64,000 nt of DNA, taken from contig SUTL01000001.1 in NCBI GenBank assembly GCA_015062925.1, positions 3,668 to 67,667 of the forward strand, written 5' to 3'. The DNA is from Methanobrevibacter thaueri (lineage in GTDB: Archaea > Methanobacteriota > Methanobacteria > Methanobacteriales > Methanobacteriaceae). The position numbers and the translations under genes were made by a program. Shown here piece after piece: positions 19,601-29,900 of the stretch. Each line of letters starts with the position of its first letter. Position 1 is the first letter of the stretch. The notes beneath the pieces were generated by a model, which did no database searches, was not told the origin of the DNA, and saw nothing but the letters and a program-made list of their open reading frames with translations.

Positions 19601-20326
19601 GTGAGATGTAACATGAGATTATCCAAATCAAAAATCAATACTTATCTGAAATGTCCTCTGGCATTTAAATTTGAATACATTGAAAATATTAATGCTGAAC
19701 CTAACGAGTACATGGTTTTAGGGAGTGATGTTCATAGTGTTGCTGAGAAATTCAGTGAAAAGTTTAAAGATAATTTGGATAATGTTGATATTAAAAATGA
19801 ACTTCTTAAAATTGCCTATGAATTGAATATTAGTTATGATATTGAAAATCATATTGATAATTTAGCTTTATTTTTTAGGGAAGTTTTTGTTGATAATGAG
19901 TATAGGTTATTTAGTTTTGAAGAGTATTTGTATGATGATATTCATCGTTTTTCAGGTATATGTGATATTATTCTTGAGGATGATGAGGGAAATTTAATTG
20001 TTATTGATTATAAAACTGGTAATTCCAATTCTTTTTCGAAATATCGTTTAGAATTATGTTATTATTTGTTGCTTGTTGAAAATGTTTTAAAACGTAGAGT
20101 ATCTAGGGTTGGTGTTTTTTTCACTAAAAATGGTCGTTTAAGATTGTTGGATGTTTGTGATGTGGAGAATAAGCGTAAGTTTTTACAATCTTCTGAAGTT
20201 GATAATGCTGTTGATATTTTTCATTATGTGCGTAGTGAAGTGAAAAAAGGAAATTTTAATGCTGAACCACAATTTTTATGTAAATTTTGTTTGTATAAGG
20301 ATATTTGTGATGAGCATTATTTTTAA
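19601..20326 (+). CDS. PD-(D/E)XK nuclease, RecB/AddB/Cas4-like
   Basis: SKINTYLKCP, GSDVH, GICD..IDYKTG, and CKFCLYKDIC (split four-Cys Fe-S staple). Confidence 0.88.
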   Translation: MRCNMRLSKSKINTYLKCPLAFKFEYIENINAEPNEYMVLGSDVHSVAEKFSEKFKDNLDNVDIKNELLKIAYELNISYDIENHIDNLALFFREVFVDNEYRLFSFEEYLYDDIHRFSGICDIILEDDEGNLIVIDYKTGNSNSFSKYRLELCYYLLLVENVLKRRVSRVGVFFTKNGRLRLLDVCDVENKRKFLQSSEVDNAVDIFHYVRSEVKKGNFNAEPQFLCKFCLYKDICDEHYF

Positions 20327-20331
20327 TTGAA

Positions 20332-20817
20332 TTATTTAATTAATCTTGGGAGGAATCTGTTTACTTTTTTTGAGTATTCTATGTATTCATCACCGTATAA
20401 TTCTATTAACCATTTTTCTTCTGTGTTTTTAAGAACTACTGTTAAAAATATCCAGTAGATTACTGGTAATATGAATAGATAGATATTGTTTGATATTAGG
20501 ATTATTCCTGTTGAAATGTATAGATAAGATGCGTATATTGGGTGTCTTATTATTGCGTATATTCCTTTTGTTTGTAGTGTGTTTGTTTTTATTTTATCTT
20601 GGATTGATGATTTGAATGATCCTATTAAGAATACTGCTCCATAGATTATGATTATAATGCCTAGGATTGTTAGTAGCAGGTTTAGGGAGTTTATTTTATA
20701 TATTGGTATTAGGTTTTGAGTTGTTAGTATTAGTGAGATGATTGCTGTTATTAGTATTGGGAATACTAGGTATGGTCCTATTCCATATAATGGCAAGTGA
20801 TTTTCTTTTTTTGTCAT
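20332..20817 (-). CDS. Isoprenylcysteine carboxyl methyltransferase / PEMT family membrane protein
   Basis: GIYAIIRHPIY, EEKWL..YG.EY.EY..KV.RF.P. Confidence 0.88.
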   Translation of the reverse strand: MTKKENHLPLYGIGPYLVFPILITAIISLILTTQNLIPIYKINSLNLLLTILGIIIIIYGAVFLIGSFKSSIQDKIKTNTLQTKGIYAIIRHPIYASYLYISTGIILISNNIYLFILPVIYWIFLTVVLKNTEEKWLIELYGDEYIEYSKKVNRFLPRLIK

Positions 20818-20852
20818 GTTTGATATTTTTTGTTATTGAACATATAAATAGT

Positions 20853-20868
20853 TTTAGGATTGCCTAAA
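20853..20868. promoter_or_regulatory. TTTAGG-N4-CCTAAA palindrome (DtxR/MntR/SirR-like box)
   Basis: tttaggattgcctaaa, next to the minus-strand TATA-like element upstream of the ICMT-like gene. Confidence 0.5.
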
Positions 20869-20882
20869 TTAAAATTCGAGGG

Positions 20883-20916
20883 TAAAAAAAATAAAGAAGT
20901 TTATAATTAAACTTCT
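20883..20916 (-). terminator. Hairpin plus T-run after the giant adhesin gene
   Basis: agaagttta-taat-taaacttct inverted repeat (20895-20916) followed on the minus strand by a T-run. Confidence 0.55.
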
Positions 20917-23900
20917 ATTTTTTAACTTTAATTACATATTTTGCAATATTATTTATGTAAATAGCTTGGTAAGGATATTTTTTACCTGCTTTAAGTTTTT
21001 TAATAACTTTCTTTTTAAGTTTAAATACTGCAACACCTTTACTATTGGTTTTTGCTTTAAATATTTTACCATTTAATTTAAGTGTTACTTGTTTACCAAT
21101 TAATGTTACTCCATTAACTTTATTTAAAGTAACTTTAACCTTTAAAACTTTTGCAGATTTTTTAACCTTCATGTTTTTAGCTTTAACAATACCATTTACA
21201 TTTATATTGTTAGATACTTTAATTTCATTATATGTTGCAGTTATAGTGTGTTTACCTGGGTTTAACATTGGTATTTTAAATGAAACTGAACCATTAATAT
21301 CTGTTTTAAGGTTATAGTTATTACCATTAAGTGTAATGGTTACGTTTTCATCAGCACCAATAGCTTTACCGTCTTTGGTTACTGTTATACTATAAGTTGC
21401 ACTTTGTGTGTATGAAATTACCATATCTTTATTGTTTATTATGTTAACTATAGGAATATGTACTGTTGCATTTTTTGAAATTAATGAGTATTTAATATCT
21501 CCTGTGTAGCATACATTAACTTTATGATCGCCTTGAGTTAATTTTGGAACGTTGATGTTTGCACTACCGTTTATAAGAGCTTGGGTGTATGTGTCTTTAT
21601 CATCAACTGTTACTGTTAAATTACCTGTTGCGTCTTTTGGTAAATTAATGCTGAAGTTTGGTGATTCACTTCCTTCTGGAATTGTTATGTTTAATGCATC
21701 TTCTCCACCAGGGATTGTTGCTTTTGGTATTGTCATTGTTTTGTTTAATGTTGCAAATCCATTATATTTCTTATCACCAGTGTATGCTGCGGATATTGTA
21801 TGGTTTCCTACAGTTAAATCGTTTACAGTTACTGTTGCGGTTCCGTTGATTATTTGTTTTGTGTATTTTATTCCATCAACAGTTATTGTTAAATTACCTG
21901 TTGCATCTGTTGGTAAGTTGATTGTAAATTCCGGACTGGTTGTTCCTTCTGGAATTTCCATTGAGATTGTTGTACTGTTTTCTGGGAGTTTTACTTTGTA
22001 TACTATGAATTTTGTTGTTATTTCACTTGGTTTGAATTGTTTATCTCCTTGGAATGTAATATATGCTGTATATTCACCTGCTGGTAAATCAGATATTGTT
22101 ACATTACCTTTTCCGTTAATTATTGTTACTTGATATATTGCATCACCTAATTTTACATTTATATTGCCTGTTGCTTGAGTGTTGATTTCAATGTTTATTA
22201 TTGCATTTTCACTTACATTAATATTTGATGTGGACGCTTTTAAGTTAGCATCTATTGGGTTTACTTGGATATTTATTGTTTTTTCACTGGTTTCATAGTA
22301 ATCATCACCGGAGTATGTTAGTATTATACTATGATTTCCAACTGCCATTCCAGTAATGTCTATTTCTCCAATACCGTTTATAATGTTTATTATTTGTTTT
22401 TTACCATTTATTATTGTTGATATTGTTGTGTTTATTTGTGGAGATAATTTTATGTTGAGTTTATCTATTTGACCATAGTTTATTGTTGTTGAATTTGCTT
22501 CTATTATTGTGGTTATTTTATCTATTGTGAATTTTGTTGAATTGGTTGCAAATTCATGTGTATTGTCTCCTAGATAGATTACGGTTATTATATGTTTTCC
22601 TGCTTTTATTGATTTGATTGTGTATGTTGCAATACCATTGTTTAATGGAATTTCATTTTTAATATTATCTGTGATTATTGTTATATTTCCTGTTGCGCCG
22701 GTAATGTTTACTGTAACATTCACATCATTTTGTATTGTTAAATCTGTAGTTGTTATTATTATATTAGATTTTGCTTTAGTTACGTTGAATGATGTGGTGT
22801 TTGTTGTTACTTTGTAATATTCATCACCATTGTATGTTACACTAACTGTGTTTTCACCAAGAACTAATTCAGTTGCTGGAATTGTTATTTTTGCTATTCC
22901 ATCTGTTAAATTAGCAGTGTAGGTGTTATTGTTTATTGTTAATGTTATGTTTCCTGTTGCATTTGATACTGTGATTGTGATTATATTATCTTTTCCAGCA
23001 GGTACATTATTAGCATCTATTATTACATTAACTGGGAATAATGGATAGTTGTCTATTATAATGTTTCCACTGCCGGAATTAATTTTAACTGATTCATCAC
23101 CTTTAAGTTCATTTGCATATAATATGTTTTCTGTTACAATTGAATTTTGAGCGCTTAATAAATAAATTGCATATTTACCATCTGTATGGATGGTATTGTT
23201 TTGGATGTCGAAATTATGGTTGCCGCTGGTGGATTGTGCGTAGCTTATACCGAATAATCCGTCATCTCCATCTCCAACATTATATGAGTATATGGTATTA
23301 TTATATACTTTAGCAACAGTGTCTTGAAGTTCCATTCCTGAAACTAATGCATAATAATTACCAGTAGCTAAACCTGTTACATTAATATAATTGTTGGTTA
23401 CTGTTATATCTGTGATTCCATCATAGTTTTGTGAGTAAATACCAAGTGCCGGTCCTTGTGCAATTGCTGTTAAATTATTATGATCAATTACAAGACCAGT
23501 GTATGGTCCGGTTAATTGTATTGGATAAGCAGTTCCTTTTCCTTCAATTCCGGTTGTGGTTTTCACATAAATATTATTATATTCAATTAATGCTGTGTTA
23601 AATGCATATAAATCAACAACATTTGAATATCCAGGAATTCCTTGTCCTGAAAAGTCTGTTTCTGAGATATTATTATGAGAGATTAATAGATTGGTAGTTC
23701 CATAAACCATTATTGTATCTAAAGTTGCATAATCTCCACTTGCTGATTTTACATTTGATAAAATAGTATTTTCCATTATTTTAATGTTTTTACCTTCCTG
23801 AACACCAATTACTAATACTAAATCAGTGTCAATACTACCCCAATATGAAAAATCAACATCTAATGATGGTAATGTTGCATTAATTAAGCTTTCTTTAACA

Positions 23901-26900
23901 CATACATCTTCACTATCACGAATGTGCATTGCATAGGTATGTGTATTACCGTTATTGTTGGAATCAAAGTATACTTTAGATTGGGTTATGTTAACCTTTT
24001 TAGATTCTAAAACATAAATTCCATAGGATTCAATATCATTTTCAGTTGTGTAGTTTACTGTAATATTGTTTAATTCAATATTATTAGCATATACGAGAAC
24101 ACATGCACCGTAATTTTCCATATAGTTTACTTTATCACTATTGAATTTAATATTGGATAATTTTATATTATTATCTATTATTGAACATGCAATATTTGTG
24201 AATGTTGCATTATCACCGATGATTGACATTGCTTTGTGAAGATAAATAATATTTACACCTAAATCTTTAAATTCTCCTTTAAATATTAATTCATCAAATG
24301 GAACAGTATTTAATAATGATCCACTTGCATCAAAGAAATCAAAGAAGTTTTCTTTAGTTACAATATTATTAATTCCACTTACATTTAAAGTTGCAGTTGC
24401 ATTAGATTTTACAAATATTAATGTATTATCATTGTATTTTGCGGTTAAATTGTAAATTCCAATTGTTTTTGTGATTAATATTTTCTTATTTGCAATTCCA
24501 TCAATAACATCAATTGTTGCTATTAATTCATCATCCACATATAATTCAACAATACCTTTATTTACAATAGTTCCATTGGATAATACTTTAATGTTGAATT
24601 CTACATTTTCACCTTGTTTTACGGTGTAGTTTATTAATTCAACAGTGGTTTCAGTTGGAACAACATATAATACTATAGTTTCATCATTTAGTGTTGCACT
24701 AATATAATTAAATCCATTTGGAACAAGATAATTGGTTGTGAATTCCCCATTATTTAATATTCCATTAATATCTCCAGTAGTTGTTGTAATAGTAACTGGG
24801 AGTTTAACAGAGATTGGTTTTGCTAAAGTACCGTTTTCAGTACCTGTTGTGTATTGGTTAATATTGACTGTTAATGTTACGTTTTCACCTTCAATGAATG
24901 CTGATGAATTAGTAACTGTCATGATAGCCCATGTTGAAATACGTGGAGTGAATCTGTATCCTCCAATGAATTTGTTCGGATTATCATTTGAACCCCACCA
25001 GTTATTGTTAGCTGTGATTGATGGGTTGACTTGTTCGGTTCCATATCCATATATTGCATATCTATTCATATCATTATTGTTGATTAAAACGGAATTTTCA
25101 ACTTTTAAAGTTGTTGCTCTAACATAGATTGCTCCACCATCATTATCACAAGTGTTGGAGTCAAATAATGTGTTTGAAATGGTTAAAGTTCCTTTTCTTT
25201 CATAGTTGGAAGTGCCTACCATATAAATTGCTCCACCACCAACATTACTATTACCATTTGCATGGTTTGATATGAATTCACTGTCTGTGATTGTTATTAA
25301 TGTATCTGAGTGAGATATGAATATTGCTCCACCACTTGATGTGGTTTGTGCTTTGTTATTTGCAAATGTTGTGTTTGTAATTGTTAAACCTGTGAGTTCT
25401 TGTGCAAATATTGCTCCACCACCATAGTTATCTTTACCAGTAGCAATGTTATTTTCAAATATGGAATTTTGAATGATTATAATTGGATTTTTAGATAAAT
25501 CATTATTGGTCCATATTGCACCACCTTCTTTAGCAGTGTTATGGTTGATTGTTGAGTTAATAATAGTTAATTTACCAACGTTATAGATTGCTCCACCATT
25601 ATTTTGACCTGCAGATGAATTAGCTAATGTACAGTTAATTAATGTTAATTCATTATTATTGGAAAGTAATCCTCCGCTTCCATCAGTACCATAACCATTT
25701 ATCATGATAACATTTTTAATCACGATTTTAGCATCTGTACCAACACAGAGAATTGCATTATTGTTTTGAGCATCAATTATAACTTTACCTTGACCGGTGA
25801 TGTTTAAATTATTTGAGATAATACCCAGGTCAGATACTTTATGAGTACCATTTAACAGGACAATATTTCCTTTTACAGCTAATTTAAGAGCCCTTTCTAT
25901 TGTTCCAACAGGGTTTTCTAAAGAACCAATATTAGAATCACTTGCACCTGGCATTACATAAATAACATCAGGTATTGCGAAAGGAATAGTTTCTAATAAT
26001 CTTCCACCCATATATATGGAAACATCATTATCATCACTGTCCAATACATAGTTAACTGTTGCAACTTTGTTTTTAACACTGACAATTTGATTTAAATTCT
26101 TGGATGTGGAGATGAATTGTAATTCAGCACCATTTGGAACATCTTGTGAGAATCTTGCAGTGATTGTTACTTCATCACCAGTTTGTGCACCATCAGGAGT
26201 TGTTGTAACATCTAATGTGATAATTACAGATACAGGAGCTTGTGAATTTGCACCTGAATTATTTCCCCAATAATTGTTCTCAGCAGTAATTACAGTTGTT
26301 GCACCATCTTTTTTAGCTAATGCATATGAAGTGTCATTTTCTTTATTTAAAATAATGGAATTGGTAACAGTGAATGTTCCTTGATTAGTATTCACATACA
26401 ATGCTGCACCATTATCTGCAGTGTTATTTATAAAAATACAATGGTCAATTGTCATTTGAGATAAAGGGTCATCAATTGTTTGATATATTGCTCCACCATA
26501 AGCGGGGAGAGATTGTGGGATTACTTTATTATTTGTAAATACTGAATTTTTAATATTAGTTGGTGTTCTTCCTGCAAATATTGCTCCACCAGTATAACTA
26601 GCAGTGTTATTGTTAAAAGTACAATTAATAACATTTAAAGTACCTGTGGTGGATGAAGATCCTCTTGTAGCATAAATTACCGCACCAGCTTTTCCAGCAT
26701 TATCTCTAAATATTGTATTTTCAATTACTGTGTCTGCTGAATTGGAATATATAACTCCATAAACATTACCTGTTTTTCCAACATTATTATAATAAAACTC
26801 TGAATTATTAATAATTAATTTTGATCCTGTTTGAGAACTGATTTCTCCTCTTGAAGCAATGTTATCATGGAATTTTGAATTATTAACAATCATTGTACCT

Positions 26901-29900
26901 TTATTATTAATAATACCTGAACTGGTACCTGTTGCTGTATTTGAATGGAAAGTACAATTTTCAAAAATCACTTCACCATCATTTTTAACAACACCACCAA
27001 ATCCTAATTTGGAATTTGTGAAAATAATATTTGTGAAATTAATTTTTGCTGTGTTTTCAAACATTCCACTTGAATTACCGTCAAGAACAACAATATCTTT
27101 ACCTGTAATATCTAAATCTTTATTGATTATTATTGCATCATTAATAACATATGTACCGTTTAATATGATGATTTTATTATCAGCTATTTCAATTGCTTTT
27201 TGAATAGTTGCAACTGCATTATCCTGTGAAGAACCATCATTAGCATCATTTCCATCAACAGATACATAAATTGCACCTGGAGCACGTACATTAATATCAA
27301 TTGGAACTGTTAATCCTGAAACAATATCTAAATTATCCTGACCTTCCTGGGTTGCAGTGTAGGTGATTTTAGCCATGTTATTTTTAACTGTAATTTCATT
27401 AGCATCTAATTGACCATTTTGGGAAGTTGCAGTTATTGTGAATTCAGGTAATATTTTATCAAGGTCTTGTAAACCACCAGTAGTGTTCATGTATTTTGTG
27501 AAATCAACTGTTATTTCTACTTTATCACCTAATTTAACAGTGTTGTTAATCATGTCTGTTGTAATATTCATTACAATCCAGTTTGATGTATCTGGGTATT
27601 CACAATTAACATATTCCCATTCATCATAATCATAATATTGATCAACACCATTTAATGTTTTAGGATCATCATTTGTTCCCCACCAGTTGTATTGAGCGTT
27701 AATAACATATTCTCCTGCATTATATAGGGTTTTATGAGAATTATTATTTAATAATATGGAATAATTGATAGTGAGTTTTCCTTTTGCATAGATTATATCT
27801 CCCTTATCTGAAGATCCTGCACTGTTATTTGCAAATATTGAGTTTGTAATTTTTGCATCTGCATAGGAATCAATATAGATTGCTCCACCGTTTTTATTTG
27901 CTTTATTATTAGTGAATTTGGAATTGTTAATTATTAAGTTTCCTTTCGCACTAATTGCTGCACCTGAACCAACATCTGAGGTAGTTTGTGAAATTTCAGT
28001 ATTATTAATGTAAACATTATTTCCATTACCTGTGGCAGCTATAACATTTTGTCTTACAGTATTATTTTTAAATAATGAATCTTTAACTATAATATTTCCA
28101 TTTCCGGAAGCATGGATAATACCATATACACTAGTATCTTTATTAACAATATTGTTTTCAAATATAGAATTAATAACAGTTAAATTATCCTTACTTGAAT
28201 AAACAATTATTCCACCAACAGTATTATTGGATATTTTTGAGTTTTTAACAGTTAAAGTACCAACATAGGATGTGATGAGTGTAACTCTGTCATTAGTATT
28301 TCCGGCATATGTGATATTATTAAGAATTACTTCATTAACTCCATAATTATAAACGAAAGCACCGTATCCACGATTAACATTTGTAATTATTAAGTTGTTT
28401 AATTCTAATTTATCCACATTAGCTCCTGAAGGAGCGTTGAACATGCTTGTGGTTTTATTTTCACCATTAAATATTACATTTCCTTGTCCGGTTATTGTTA
28501 GGTTTTTATTTATTGTAAAGTCAGATCCATTATAGATTCCTTCACTTACAATTATTTCACCAGATCCATGTTTATTTAATGCTAATGCCATTGCTTTTGC
28601 TAATGTTGCTACAGGAGCATTTATAGAACCATTATTTTTATCATTACCGTCTTGGGATAAGTATATTATACCAAAGTATGGGTCAGCACCTGCTGAAAAA
28701 TCAATTGGTATTTCTATATCTTTATATGTTACGGTAACTATTGCATTTGGATCTTGCACTTCATAAATTACAGATTTACTTTCACCTTTTTTAATTTCAA
28801 CTGTACTTGGAGTTATTGTACCGTTTGTTGTGCTGAAATTAACTGTGTATGATTCAATTGGAATTACTCCACCAGTTAAGTTTTCAATTTCACCAGAGGT
28901 TGTGTTTACATGATTGAAGTCTACTGTTATTTGAACTTCATCATAAATAACAATTTGAGAAGCATTTACTTCAACATTCATTATAACCCAGTTGTCTATG
29001 GTGATTTCTTCACCTTTGACTTTGGTTGATGGATTAGTACATCCCCACCAATTATTATTTGCAATTACAACTCCCTGACCATATATAGAATCATAACCTG
29101 CTGCGGTACGTGTTTCTATTGATAAATTATTGATTATGGATGAGTATGAAATATTTAATCTGGTCATGTCCATATAAATTGCTGGTGAAACTCCATTAGT
29201 TCCATAGTTATTTTCAATGATTGAATTGGTTATTGTTAGATTTGTTACTGGTGATTTTGAAGGTATTGTTGATTGTATTGCTGCTCCAGCACCTGATGCA
29301 GAGTTATTACATAGTTTACAATTATCAATTACTGCAGTTCCATTATATATGTATATTGCTCCAGGGTTATATTTTGCAGTGTTATTAATGAATGAAGATC
29401 CTGTTATTAATATATTTTTTGCTTGTAAGTATGCGGCTGCAGCATTACTAGCATTATTGTTTTCAAAAATAGAATTGGATATTTCCAGATTTAATCCATT
29501 TTCATAAGCTGAATAACCAACAGTAACTGCACCGAAAGATCCACTGTCAATATTTTTAAATACTGAGTTTTTAATTATTATATTACCTGTAGTATACCAT
29601 GCGTATACTGCTCCTCCTCTTGAAGTGGAGTTAATATCTTCAAATACACATTTATCAATAGTTACATTAATATCAATAGTATTACGGGAAGTACCTGTAC
29701 CATAATTAATGAAAATTGCCCCACCATATTTAGGTTTGTTATTTGTAAATCTGATATTGGTGAATGTTGCTTGTCCTCCATGCATTATGAAAATACTATT
29801 GGAACTTGCATTACCATCAATTACCACATTACCTTTACCAGTGATTGTATATGAAATATTTGAATTTAATTCAATATTATTTTCAGTGTATATTCCTTCA

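Noticed and set aside
19601-20326. CRISPR-Cas locus
   Set aside because: Only a Cas4-like nuclease is present, with no cas1/cas2 or repeats in the window
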